From a virus (taxonomy: Duplodnaviria; Caudoviricetes), in IMG/VR virus record IMGVR_UViG_3300026161_000447, positions 1 through 64,000 of that record: a stretch of 64,000 nucleotides of DNA, one strand, 5' to 3'. Of the stretch, positions 54,774 to 64,000 are shown one piece after another. The notes under the pieces were generated by a model. The model made no database searches, was not told the origin of the DNA, and worked only from the letters and a program-made list of their open reading frames with translations. Position numbers and translations under genes: made by a program. Numbering within the stretch: position 1 is the first letter of the stretch; every line of letters begins with the position of its first letter.

Positions 54774-55349
54774 CTACACCAACTCCACTGCGACCTTGAG
54801 TGTGCCGCTCAGGCTGCCCCGCGCCGTTGGTACCACGCTGATGGCAAAGTACAGGTCGTGCGTGGCGGCCGATGCGCTGGTGCCCAGGTCGAGGGCAGCC
54901 GCGCTCCCGCCGATGTCCGACCACGATGCCCCGCCTTGCTTGACTCCGTAGGCGGTGAAGCCCGTGGGCGCGTTGGCTTCCGCTGCCCCGTAGACCCAGG
55001 CTTCCGCTGCTGTCACCTCGCCATTGGTCGGGTCGCAGACCACGTGCGCATTGATGCACTCGGTGGTCAGCAGGTTGGCGACGTCCTCTGTCTCGCCGCC
55101 GTCGATCTGGCAGGTTCCGGCGGCCACGTAGGCGACATTGTGCGCGTGGGCGACGTCGCACACATCCACCCCGCCATCGGTCTCGACGTGCATCCCGCCG
55201 TTGGCGTCGCCGACGAGTATCCGCCCGGAACTGGTAGGGTCGTGGGCCCCTGCCTTCTGGAACCTCAATACGTCCGTGGCCCCCATCGCCTCCCACGCCA
55301 CACCCGATCCGCTGTTGATGTTGAGTCTGAGACTCACGCTGTCGGCCAT
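54774..55349 (-). CDS. Putative tail-associated beta-rich structural protein
   Basis: Beta-sandwich-like Gly/Ala/Thr-rich composition within the tail operon. Confidence 0.6.
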   Translation of the reverse strand: MADSVSLRLNINSGSGVAWEAMGATDVLRFQKAGAHDPTSSGRILVGDANGGMHVETDGGVDVCDVAHAHNVAYVAAGTCQIDGGETEDVANLLTTECINAHVVCDPTNGEVTAAEAWVYGAAEANAPTGFTAYGVKQGGASWSDIGGSAAALDLGTSASAATHDLYFAISVVPTARGSLSGTLKVAVELV

Positions 55350-55353
55350 ATCA

Positions 55354-55734
55354 TCACTCCTCGTCTACCAGGATTGTCGGCACAACAGTCACCGCCCCCC
55401 TGAGAACTGCAATGACGGCCCCTCCGATGAACAGCGTGCTACCGGCTGGGAACGTCACCTCCACCTCGTAGGTGTAGTCACCGGGTAGCCAGTCGTCTGT
55501 GCTTGAGCTCTCGGCGCGGGCAATGAACTTGCCGTCCAGGGGCTCGTGGGGCGTGACCGGCGATGGCCCGACGACGGCGTCTCCGGCGTCGTCGACGAGC
55601 GTGAAGGTCACCGTGCAGTCTGTGAGGTTCACCGGCGCGCCGTTGTGCCACAGCTCCACTGGGATGTAGAGCGTCTTGCCCTGTACTAACCGCACGCCGC
55701 GGTCAAGCGGCAGGTCCTCGAAGTTGACCCTCAT
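55354..55734 (-). CDS. BppU-N-like baseplate/fibre adaptor
   Basis: VQGKT, PVNLTDCTVTF, GDYTYEVEV and GAVTV pattern. Confidence 0.6.
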   Translation of the reverse strand: MRVNFEDLPLDRGVRLVQGKTLYIPVELWHNGAPVNLTDCTVTFTLVDDAGDAVVGPSPVTPHEPLDGKFIARAESSSTDDWLPGDYTYEVEVTFPAGSTLFIGGAVIAVLRGAVTVVPTILVDEE

Positions 55735-57737
55735 GGCTCACCCCGGATGTCGATGGTGATTGCCCGGCTTCGGATGTCAATGTGGCCGGGTGGGCGGATG
55801 TCGACGGTCAGGTTAGCGGCCCGGATGTCGACCCGTGGGTCCTGCCAGCGGATGTCGACGGCAATCCAGTCGACGTCGTCGCCCCACGCCCATAGGTACA
55901 GTGGGCGCGAGGCGCTGGCGATGGCTGCCGCGTAGCCGCCTAGCGGGCGGGTAACGACTGCCTGCGTTGCCGCCGTGATCCGCGTGCAGATCTCCGCCGT
56001 GGCCTCCTGCAGCACCCACAGCGCCAGCGCCCGCGAGACGCTGGCTCGGCGGTCACTGACGTCCGCCCACAACACGACATCCCGGGCGACCGTAGCCTCG
56101 GCCGACGCCCAGGCCAGTGCCTGGCGGTCTATGGCCGTGAGCGTCGCCGCCAGGGTCGTCAGATCGCGCTCTGTTGCCGGCGACGTAGCTCCGTACAGCA
56201 CCAGCGCCCGCGCCGCAGACGAGAGCGCCCCGGCCGAGAGCTGCAGGACGCGCGTGAGCGATGCCTGCTCCCCGGCCTCGAGGGAGACCGCCCGCGAGAC
56301 CTGGGCTTGTGCTCCGGAGTATGCCAGCAGGGCGCGCGTGATGCTGCTGCCCGCCCCGGCCGCCAGCGCGAGGTCGCGCTCAGCGTCGACACCTGCCCCA
56401 CCGTCTAGCAGGATGCCGCGCTCCGCCTGGTCTGTGGTCCCTGCGTAGGCCAGGAGGTCACGCGTGGTGTCCGTGACCTGTCCGGCGATCGCTGCGACGT
56501 CGGCCTCGGCGCTTGGTCCCGTGGCGGCCGTGAGCGCCACGTCCGCCGATGCCGAGGAGACCCCCGCGGCGATGACTGCGAGTGCCCGCTCCGCCTGCGG
56601 TGCTGTAGCCCCGATGGCAGCCAATGCCCGCTCCGCCTGGGCGCTTGCCGCCGCATAGGCGACGAGGTCCGCTGTGACCTCCTCGGGAGCCCCGGCCTGC
56701 AGCAGCACCGCGCGTGCGGCGGGTACTGCCTGCCCGCCATAGAGAGCCACCAGCCGTGAGACGGTGAGCGGCTCGCCCGTAGCGTACAGCGCGAGTGCCC
56801 GCTCTGCTGCCAGCACCGCCCCGGCCTCGGCCGCAAGCCCCTGCTCCGTGGTCGGAGCCGTGGCTGCGATGGCTGCCATCGCCCTGCTCGCTGTCTCGGT
56901 GCCCTGCGCGTAGAGCGCGAGGTCGCGGTCGACGGCGGAAACCGCTGCAGCGTAGGCGACGAGGTCGGCTGTGACCTCCTCGGGTGCCCCGGCCTGCAGC
57001 AGCACCGCGCGCGCGGCGGCCACTGCCTGCCCGCCGTACACCGCCACCAGCCGCGAGACCGTGAGCGGATCACCCGTAGCGTACAGCGCGAGTGCCCGCT
57101 CTGCGTCCGCTCCCGCCCCGGCCTCGGCTGCTATCCCGCGCTCCGTGGTCGGAGCCGTGGCTGCGATGGCTGCGAGCGCCATGCTCACCGACTCCGTGTC
57201 CTGCGCGTAGAGCGCGAGATCGCGGTCGACGGCGGAAACCGCTGCAGCGTAGGCGACGAGGTCGGCTGTGACCTCCTCGGGTGCCCCGGCCTGCAGCAGC
57301 AGCGCGTGCATGGCGGACACTGCCTGACCACCGTAGGCAGCCACCAGCCGCGAGACCGTGAGCGGCTCACCCGTAGCGTACAGCGCGAGTGCCCGCTCTG
57401 CTGCCAGCACCGCCCCGGCCTCGGCCGCAAGCCCCTGCTCCGTGGTCGGAGCCGTGGCTGCGATGGCTGCCATCGCCCTGCTTACCGCCTCTGTGTCCTG
57501 GGCGTAGAGCGCGAGGTCGCGGTCTACGGCGGAGACTGCCGCTGCGTAGGCGGCGAGGTCGCGGGCGAGCGTGGACGCGGCCCCGGCATTGACTGCCAGC
57601 GAGCGGCTGGAGGTGACGGTGGCGGCGGAGTAGAGGACCGTGGTGGTCGAGGCCGTGACCTGCCGCGTTGCCGCCGGTCCTTGCCGTCTCCGTGGCTCAT
57701 CAAACAGCAGGAACGCCTCGCGCCTCAGGAGTCCCAT
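55731..57737 (-). CDS. Ala-rich fibre/shaft protein built from 14-residue repeats
   Basis: Continuous ~14-aa periodicity with three near-identical 99-aa super-repeats. Confidence 0.75.
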   Translation of the reverse strand: MGLLRREAFLLFDEPRRRQGPAATRQVTASTTTVLYSAATVTSSRSLAVNAGAASTLARDLAAYAAAVSAVDRDLALYAQDTEAVSRAMAAIAATAPTTEQGLAAEAGAVLAAERALALYATGEPLTVSRLVAAYGGQAVSAMHALLLQAGAPEEVTADLVAYAAAVSAVDRDLALYAQDTESVSMALAAIAATAPTTERGIAAEAGAGADAERALALYATGDPLTVSRLVAVYGGQAVAAARAVLLQAGAPEEVTADLVAYAAAVSAVDRDLALYAQGTETASRAMAAIAATAPTTEQGLAAEAGAVLAAERALALYATGEPLTVSRLVALYGGQAVPAARAVLLQAGAPEEVTADLVAYAAASAQAERALAAIGATAPQAERALAVIAAGVSSASADVALTAATGPSAEADVAAIAGQVTDTTRDLLAYAGTTDQAERGILLDGGAGVDAERDLALAAGAGSSITRALLAYSGAQAQVSRAVSLEAGEQASLTRVLQLSAGALSSAARALVLYGATSPATERDLTTLAATLTAIDRQALAWASAEATVARDVVLWADVSDRRASVSRALALWVLQEATAEICTRITAATQAVVTRPLGGYAAAIASASRPLYLWAWGDDVDWIAVDIRWQDPRVDIRAANLTVDIRPPGHIDIRSRAITIDIRGEP
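56660..57560 (-). repeat. Three tandem 297-bp repeats
   Basis: GTGACCTCCTCGG recurs at 56674, 56971 and 57268 (period 297 nt). Confidence 0.9.
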
Positions 57738-58744
57738 CAGCTATCCCTGCCCACGATCTGGTACCACGTGCGGGTTGCGCCACCAATGGTCGCGCTCGCC
57801 TTGACCACGTAGGCCGCCCCGTCGACCATGCGGTTGGTCGTCTCGTCGTAGCGCCACATGCCGAGCGATGCGATCTGCGTCATTGCGGACTCGGCTACGA
57901 GGTCCCCTCCGTCCGCTACCTTGATGACCTGCACCTTTGGGTCGGTGATCCCGGCGGTGATCGGCTGGCTGTTGAGGTACCAGACCACCACATAGCGGTC
58001 TGCCCCCGCCCCGTCGTCGTCGATCACGTCGACCTTGGCCTGGTAGGTGTTGGTGTCATCCGCGAGGGCCGCCGCGTCGATGGCGTCGTCGGCGATGCTG
58101 GCCGCGGTGATGCCACCGGATGCGACGCTACCAACAGCGCCGGCGACACTCGCCACCGCCCCCACGTTGACCTGATTCGCAGCCGGGCCCGCCAAATAGC
58201 CGACCGTAAAGTCGGTGCCGTTAGCGGGGTTCGTCTCCCAGTTCGGCGCCACTGACGCGACCTTGGTGCTCCCGTTGTAGTCCGTGATGATCCGCGCCTG
58301 CCCTGCGCCGGTGTGGTCATCGGTGCGGACGATCATGCCGTTGTAGTAGTCGTTGACGGCGCTGGCGTTGGCGTCCAGCGTGATGGTCCCGTTGGCCCCG
58401 GCCTGGGCTGTCCCAGTCCGCACCGCCACAATACGCTGGGGTCGGATGTCGAGCATCAGCGTCACGCAGTTGGCCGACTTGACTTGCACCAACACGTCGT
58501 CGGCCGTCATCTCCGCCGCCGTCAGCGTGATGTACCCGAGCGCCGAGTCGGTGGCGCCCCCGACCTCCTTGGCCAGCGTGACCTCGTTGGTGGCGTCCGC
58601 GAAGGTCCCGTTGTCCTTGCTTACCTCGGTGTCGAGGCTCGTTGGGGCCAGGCTGGTGCCGTCGCTCTTCCGGAAGGCGCAGCGCAGGCTGAACAGGGCG
58701 CCGTAGATCGGCGGGAGCTGGCTGTGGGTCACGCTGTTTGCCAC
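57737..58744 (-). CDS. Putative tail structural protein
   Basis: Thr/Ala/Asp-rich beta composition within the tail operon. Confidence 0.65.
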   Translation of the reverse strand: MANSVTHSQLPPIYGALFSLRCAFRKSDGTSLAPTSLDTEVSKDNGTFADATNEVTLAKEVGGATDSALGYITLTAAEMTADDVLVQVKSANCVTLMLDIRPQRIVAVRTGTAQAGANGTITLDANASAVNDYYNGMIVRTDDHTGAGQARIITDYNGSTKVASVAPNWETNPANGTDFTVGYLAGPAANQVNVGAVASVAGAVGSVASGGITAASIADDAIDAAALADDTNTYQAKVDVIDDDGAGADRYVVVWYLNSQPITAGITDPKVQVIKVADGGDLVAESAMTQIASLGMWRYDETTNRMVDGAAYVVKASATIGGATRTWYQIVGRDS

Positions 58745-60277
58745 TCAAAACACCTCCACGCCGGGGGCGTTGCGATAGAAGTCCGCCATGAACAGGCGCA
58801 TGGGCAGGCCGGTGGCCGGCACGGTGATCGAGGCGGCCAGCATTGGTGGCACCGTGCCAGGGCCATAGTCGTAGAAGTACACACGCGCCATCTTTGACGA
58901 GATCTGTCCACGTGTCACTATGGCGAATGCATTGTTCTTTGCCCACCCTCCTCGGCCTACGACCTCGCCCAAGACTGCCGCGATGTCGGGTGACGCAGCA
59001 TACGCAGCACCCACACCGGTTGCCTGCCACGCCACCGAATTGGTCGTCAGCGTCATGCCGTTGTACGTGTCGGAGTTTGTGAATGTGTCGGCGTCATCGA
59101 CGTCCTCGCCGTATATGGTGAGCTGCGGATCATCGAAGGAAGCCGTATAGAACCGGAACGAGACGGAGGCGCTATCAACCGTCGAGCCCACGTCGATGGG
59201 TAGTGTCGTCCAGCGGAACGCCCCCACCCGCACGTTGGTCGAGTTGTTGAGATAGGCGTATTTGTTCGTCAGCGAGAAACCGGTGCTGGCGCTATTGGCG
59301 TCCGCATCATCGCTGCTGGCTCCCACGACCTCATCGGTAATGGCCGCGTCAACCAGCATCGGGTACTGGGCGGTCAGCAGGTCGGCATAGTCGACGCTCA
59401 CCAGCGCCAGCGAGTAGTCCCCTCGGCGCTCGAGCGTCAGGCCCGGCTGCCACCGCCGCGGCTCCTCGGCGTTATCCCACGCCTCCGGCTCCTGCAGCCA
59501 GTACGCCTGCCGCCCGTCTGGCCTCACTGCCGCGAAGCGCCCCGGCCTGTCAACGCTGGTGCCGACGTCGCTGAGCGAGAACCCGTCCGGCAACTCAGGC
59601 ACCCACAGATCGCGGAGGCTACTCGCCTCCGGCGTCGCTCCGCCCGTGCAGACCCCCATCGCCATCACCAGCTTGAGTCCGTCCGTGCTCATCAGCGCCG
59701 GCTTCTCTGGCCGCCGGTTGAGCCGCAGCACCTTCCGGCACCCGTCCGGTGTGCGGAGGTACCCGAAATCGATCCCCGTCCCGAATGCCCCCGGCCACCA
59801 GACGCTCCCGGTCTCGTCGGTCACCGGCGCGATTCCGGCCGTCGGCGTCGCCACCAGTCGCCGTGTCCTGTTGTTCTGCCAGTACAGGGCCAGCGGCGCC
59901 ATCCGGTACCAGGCCCCGGCTCGCCGGAACTCCCCCACGTAGTGGCGCTTGATGATCCCCAGGCGCCCCACGGGCAGCTCGTTGTACGCTCGGAACTGGT
60001 GCCCCGCCGTCTCGCAGGCCAGGTGCCAGGCCTCGCCCTTGACGGGCAGGAGGCTCATGTCGATATGCCGCCAGGGCTCATCAGAGTAGGGGTCCAGGCG
60101 GTACCTCGTCGGGCCGATGCCGCCGCCGACGCGGTAGCGCGGGCGGCCATCCGAGCTGTCCGCCAGGCGGAACACGCTGAACGCCCGGGTGTGCCGGTCG
60201 GGCTCCTCGCGCTCGCCGTCTCTCGGCAACATGATGTCGCAGCCCGATGCTGCGATGCGCTCGATCAGGGTCGCCAT
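58745..60277 (-). CDS. Putative tail tip / receptor-binding protein with a C-terminal beta-sandwich domain
   Basis: Likely start MATLIER. C-terminal SSDDAD...GAFRWTTLPI..GSTVDSASVSF resembles carbohydrate-binding jelly-roll domains. Confidence 0.6.
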   Translation of the reverse strand: MATLIERIAASGCDIMLPRDGEREEPDRHTRAFSVFRLADSSDGRPRYRVGGGIGPTRYRLDPYSDEPWRHIDMSLLPVKGEAWHLACETAGHQFRAYNELPVGRLGIIKRHYVGEFRRAGAWYRMAPLALYWQNNRTRRLVATPTAGIAPVTDETGSVWWPGAFGTGIDFGYLRTPDGCRKVLRLNRRPEKPALMSTDGLKLVMAMGVCTGGATPEASSLRDLWVPELPDGFSLSDVGTSVDRPGRFAAVRPDGRQAYWLQEPEAWDNAEEPRRWQPGLTLERRGDYSLALVSVDYADLLTAQYPMLVDAAITDEVVGASSDDADANSASTGFSLTNKYAYLNNSTNVRVGAFRWTTLPIDVGSTVDSASVSFRFYTASFDDPQLTIYGEDVDDADTFTNSDTYNGMTLTTNSVAWQATGVGAAYAASPDIAAVLGEVVGRGGWAKNNAFAIVTRGQISSKMARVYFYDYGPGTVPPMLAASITVPATGLPMRLFMADFYRNAPGVEVF

Positions 60278-60351
60278 CGGGCAAGCCTCCAGAACCACAA
60301 ACGGCTCCCTCGATGGGAGCCGCCAGATACTCGTCTGTCCGTCCGTCAGAT

Positions 60352-60729
60352 CTACGCCTGTGCCGCCAAGAGCCCCCTGCGCGTCCAGTTCATTGTCGCC
60401 GTATCGCCGCCCGTCTCCTCCTCCGCCTCACCCTCCAGCACATACTCCTCCGGGCTGCCCACGTAGGTAACCAGCACCCGGAACTTCCCCCCGGTTGTAC
60501 CGTCGAGAATCGGTGTCACGTGGAACGCCCCCTCGGCGTCAAACACCGGTAGCGGCCGGTCGGCGAACACCGCAAGCACCCCCGGGCGGTTGGTGCACTC
60601 ATCCGCCGAGTGGTCGACCTCGTATTGCAGGCTGTCGCCGGCGCTGGCGCCCGTCATGTCGACGGCAAGCGTGCCCGTCACCTCCGCTACCAGGTCGCCC
60701 TTGCCGATCTCGCAGTTCCAGATAGCCAT
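60352..60729 (-). CDS. Putative tail protein (125 aa)
   Basis: SD-preceded ATG, beta-rich. Confidence 0.6.
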   Translation of the reverse strand: MAIWNCEIGKGDLVAEVTGTLAVDMTGASAGDSLQYEVDHSADECTNRPGVLAVFADRPLPVFDAEGAFHVTPILDGTTGGKFRVLVTYVGSPEEYVLEGEAEEETGGDTATMNWTRRGLLAAQA

Positions 60730-60739
60730 TGGGGTCCCC

Positions 60740-63385
60740 CTAGATCGCGTAGAACTCGTAGGCCGCGCCGTCCATGTACCGCCCCACCAGGTGCGAGGTC
60801 GTCACCCGCAGGGCCCTGAACACGCTCTCGCCCGCGCCGAACACCCACAGGGCGCCGCCGAACACCACGAGCTGCGTGATGGCCGTCAAGTCCGCGAAGT
60901 CCTTGTAGAGCTGCCAAAGCCTCGTCGCGTGGTCGTAGCAGTAGAGCTCACCGCCATTGCCGCCCACCCACAGTCTCCCCTGGCTGTAGGCGACCGCCGC
61001 CGGCTCCGTCAGTGCCGTGGCCGTCGCGAAGAGGTCCCACGGCGGACCGGCGAAGACCTTTCCCCCACTGCCCGTCAGTGCGAACATGACCGTCCCCGCC
61101 GCCACCCCGGCGTTCACGTGGGCCTCGCCCGTCGTGAACTGCAGCGTCGTGCCCCTATACACCTTGCCGTCCGCCGTCCCCACCCACAGGGCGTCGGCTG
61201 CCGCCCACAGGCACCGGCAGCCGGCGAAGGCCGAACTCGCCAGCGTCAGGTCGTCGCCGTCAATCGCCCACAGGTGGCCGGCGCCCGCGGAGTTGTCCGT
61301 GCAGGCCCAGACCTTGCCGCCGCTGACCTCGATGTCCGTCATCTGGTGGGGATTGCGGCTGCTGACCTCGATGCCGTAGGGGGCGTCGGCGGCCGGCGCC
61401 CCCGCGCTGTCGAGCTCCTGCACGATCACCACCGGCTGCGGGCTCGCGTCGTCGGTGTTGGCGGCGATGTACAGCCGATCGCCCAAGACGCGAAAGCCCA
61501 CCCCCGTGTAGCCCGCGCACCACTCGCCCGTCAGGTCGTACCAGGTCGTTGGCGTCCCCGAGCCCGTCCAGGAGAGTATCTGCACCGGCGGCCCCGGCAG
61601 CATCAGAAGCACGCGGCTCTCACTCACAAGCTGGTGGTCGCAGATCGCCGCGTCGGTCAGAGCGTAGCTGTCCCAGGACACGAGTGGCGTGAACCGCACG
61701 GCCAGGCGGAGATCCTCGCAGGGCTCCCTCAAGAGCTGGAACCTGTCGGGGATGAGGCGCTGGCAGGCGTCGAAGCCCTCCCACTCACCCCCGATGCAGG
61801 CAAAGACGTCGATGGCGTAGTTCTCCTCCGGCGTCGCCCCCTGGGTCGTCGGCACGGTGGCGATGATCCGCCGGATCTTGTTGCCGCCCCCCACGATCTT
61901 CGCCACGTCCCGCTGCAGCTTGCGGTTTGCCTCCGAGGCCTTTGCACTCACCCACTGGCATTGGCTAAGGGCCAGGACGTTGGCGGTCGTGACCGTGATC
62001 GCCGTGCTGGCGACATTGCCGGAGGTGTCGGTGGCGGTGGCGGTGATTGTGTGCTCGCCGTTGACGAGGTTCCGGCTGTTGAGACTGTAGGCGCCCTGGA
62101 AGCCCGGCGCGCCCCCCGGCTGCCAGCTCTTGACGACCTTGGCGTCAACCGCGAGCTCCACGCGCAGGAGGCCCACGTTGTCGCCGGCGGTGACGTTGAC
62201 GCGCACATCGCCGGTCACCTCGGCTTCATCGGCCGGCTCCGTAATGCTCACGGTGGGGACCGTCGTGTCGGCGGCGACGCCGTTGTCCACCGTGACGATG
62301 ATGGCGTCTTCGCCCTCCAGGTCGCCGACGTTGGTGGCCTTGGCGGACAGGACGTGGTTGCCGTCGGACCACGTGGTGGTGTCAAAGCTGCCGGTGTAGC
62401 TGGCCTGGTGGCCGACAATCGGTCGGGTGGCGATGGGCGTGCTGTCCAGGTAGATCGTGAGTGTCTCAAGGTCGAGGAAGGCGTCTTCGGCGACTACGGT
62501 GATGGTGAGATCGCCGTCGACGGTAGCGCCGTTTGCGGGCGCCGCGAAATACACCTGAGGTGGGTACTGCTCGGGCGTCCCCGTGTCGTTGTTGACGTCT
62601 ACGGCCACCGAGTCGCTACCGTAGCCGGTGTAGCCGTCGGTCCTGTTGGCGAAGACCTCGATGTAGCCCAGGCCATCGGCGAAGGCCCGGGTGTCGACGG
62701 CGAAGGTGCCCTCGTATCTGCCGAGGCAGTCGACGTTGACCTCGCTCGTGAGGGGCTTGAGCACCCCCGGGTTGTCCTTGTCGGGGAGGAGTGTATGCTG
62801 GGTGATGCGGGCGGTGAAGGGCTGGTGGTCGAGGGCGATGACGGTGTAGGTGACGTTAACGCGGCCCGCGACCTCGGCGGCGATAGCCGGTGGCGTGATC
62901 TCCGGGCTGGTGATCTCGACGGTGATGTAGCTGAACTCGTGGCCGTTGCCCTCGGTGACGATGGGGGCGGGGGAGGCGCCGGTTCCCGCAGTCCACGGGT
63001 TTCCAGGAAGCGCGGCCCCCGTGGACCCAAAGTAAGCGTCGGACCCGGGTCCTAGGGAGGCCCCCAGTGACCACGCTCCGGCCATCGTGCTCCACGACAG
63101 CCAGTGGTTGTCATCGAGCTTGTAGCAGGGCTGGCCGTTGTAGGTCCCGGCCCCGCTGTAGATCCCGTTGTAGCCGGCGTCGCCGGCGCCGCTTACCACC
63201 CACATCGTTGCCATCGGCTGCGTCCTCTCGGGGTCTGGCTTCGGTGTACTGGTCTCGGCGGAGGGCTTCGCCTTCGCCCACACCGGCCGCAAGTTTCCGT
63301 CAGATGTTCTGGCAATGAGAAAGAACGGCGCGACCAGTGCGCACGCTACGAGGCAGTAGAGTAGCTGCTTCCGCATTATCACCAC
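60740..63385 (-). CDS. Multi-domain protein: N-terminal signal/anchor, three bacterial Ig-like domains, C-terminal beta-propeller-like repeats
   Basis: Ig-like motifs P.V.I..PA.GA.V.G, FDTTTWSDGNHVLSAKATN and LVNGEHTITATATD. Propeller-like blades in the last ~250 aa. Confidence 0.8.
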   Translation of the reverse strand: MVIMRKQLLYCLVACALVAPFFLIARTSDGNLRPVWAKAKPSAETSTPKPDPERTQPMATMWVVSGAGDAGYNGIYSGAGTYNGQPCYKLDDNHWLSWSTMAGAWSLGASLGPGSDAYFGSTGAALPGNPWTAGTGASPAPIVTEGNGHEFSYITVEITSPEITPPAIAAEVAGRVNVTYTVIALDHQPFTARITQHTLLPDKDNPGVLKPLTSEVNVDCLGRYEGTFAVDTRAFADGLGYIEVFANRTDGYTGYGSDSVAVDVNNDTGTPEQYPPQVYFAAPANGATVDGDLTITVVAEDAFLDLETLTIYLDSTPIATRPIVGHQASYTGSFDTTTWSDGNHVLSAKATNVGDLEGEDAIIVTVDNGVAADTTVPTVSITEPADEAEVTGDVRVNVTAGDNVGLLRVELAVDAKVVKSWQPGGAPGFQGAYSLNSRNLVNGEHTITATATDTSGNVASTAITVTTANVLALSQCQWVSAKASEANRKLQRDVAKIVGGGNKIRRIIATVPTTQGATPEENYAIDVFACIGGEWEGFDACQRLIPDRFQLLREPCEDLRLAVRFTPLVSWDSYALTDAAICDHQLVSESRVLLMLPGPPVQILSWTGSGTPTTWYDLTGEWCAGYTGVGFRVLGDRLYIAANTDDASPQPVVIVQELDSAGAPAADAPYGIEVSSRNPHQMTDIEVSGGKVWACTDNSAGAGHLWAIDGDDLTLASSAFAGCRCLWAAADALWVGTADGKVYRGTTLQFTTGEAHVNAGVAAGTVMFALTGSGGKVFAGPPWDLFATATALTEPAAVAYSQGRLWVGGNGGELYCYDHATRLWQLYKDFADLTAITQLVVFGGALWVFGAGESVFRALRVTTSHLVGRYMDGAAYEFYAI

Positions 63386-63446
63386 ACTCCTTGTGGATAT
63401 TCTACCACCAAGAGCATGGTGAGTGCGTGGTTAGTTCAGAACTGGA

Positions 63447-63477
63447 AAGCCCCCGTAGGATGATCCCCCGGGGGCTT
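63447..63477 (-). terminator. Terminator-like hairpin between tail genes
   Basis: AAGCCCCCG/CGGGGGCTT stem. TTTCC follows on the minus strand. Confidence 0.55.
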
Positions 63478-63518
63478 GGTTGATACGTCGGCTTCCTGGA
63501 AGTTCGTATCCACCCATC

Positions 63519-64000
63519 TTACCCCCACCCCACCCCAACCCCCGAGATCTTGCCGCTCACCTTCCGCGCCAGCACCCGCAGGTCAATCCCCGGCTGCTCA
63601 ATCGTCGTCTCGATTCCCCGCGCCACCCGCTGCGCCCGCCGGAACCGCGTCTCGCCGTGGGCGCTCACCGCAAGCTCCCACTCCGCGTCCTCGTCGTGTT
63701 CCTCGTAGTCCACAAGGACCGTGGTCGGCGCCTCATCGGGGACCGGTGGCGTGCACACCAGTAGTTCCTCGTCGACAACAACGCCCGTTCCCGGCAAGAG
63801 CGGGATCGTCAGCCATGTGCAGGCCCGGGCCGCCACCGCCACGTCCTCCACCGTCCGCGGCACGTAGTCATCGGCGATGGCTGTCACGTCGTAGACCGCC
63901 GCCGCAAGCGCCAGTGAGTACCAACCACCTGGTCCGCTCGTCGTGCTGGCCGGCGTCGCCACCGTCGCGCCCGCAACCCCCGCGCGTGTCCACTGGTCAA
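63519..64000 (-). CDS. Tail protein C-terminal part (5'-truncated by window edge)
   Basis: Frame is open to position 64000. GWYSLAL..AVYDVTAIADDY resembles a transthyretin-like/carboxypeptidase-regulatory fold. Confidence 0.6.
   Translation of the reverse strand, partial: DQWTRAGVAGATVATPASTTSGPGGWYSLALAAAVYDVTAIADDYVPRTVEDVAVAARACTWLTIPLLPGTGVVVDEELLVCTPPVPDEAPTTVLVDYEEHDEDAEWELAVSAHGETRFRRAQRVARGIETTIEQPGIDLRVLARKVSGKISGVGVGWG

Larger units (their letters stand above)
1..64000. mobile_element. Temperate tailed bacteriophage genome segment (head, replication, immunity, integration, lysis and tail modules), probably in unintegrated attP form
   Basis: Terminase, portal, protease, cro/cI, serine integrase, endolysin, holin-like and tail genes in coupled operons. 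No host genes seen. Both window ends fall inside structural ORFs. Confidence 0.95.

Overview
The whole window reads as one large, GC-rich temperate tailed-phage genome. No host housekeeping genes, rRNA, tRNA or CRISPR array are visible, and both ends run on into further structural genes. Layout from the left: (1) a minus-strand packaging/head operon (1-20.4 kb) with terminase, HK97-like portal, MuF-like head protein and prohead protease, into which three very large genes are inserted: an intein-containing SNF2 helicase, an LPD5/LPD1-like + topoisomerase IB protein, and an ADP-ribosyltransferase + ParB protein; (2) a minus-strand replication/recombination operon (20.7-41.1 kb); (3) a cro/cI switch; (4) a plus-strand cluster of small genes ending in a large serine integrase, followed by a 50-bp attP-like inverted repeat; (5) minus-strand lysis, tandem DNA methyltransferase and tail genes. 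The most striking feature is that the two giant head-operon proteins look like polyproteins. Each of eight modules is preceded by the same hydrophobic-x-K(S/A/G) motif plus a ~30-aa basic tag. The K(S/A) motif also flanks the phage's own prohead protease domain, suggesting a protease-processed enzyme payload packaged in the capsid. Also notable: many genes of the early-left operon, and none elsewhere, end in Ala-Ala. All family assignments come from motifs read by eye and recalled knowledge; no searches were run.
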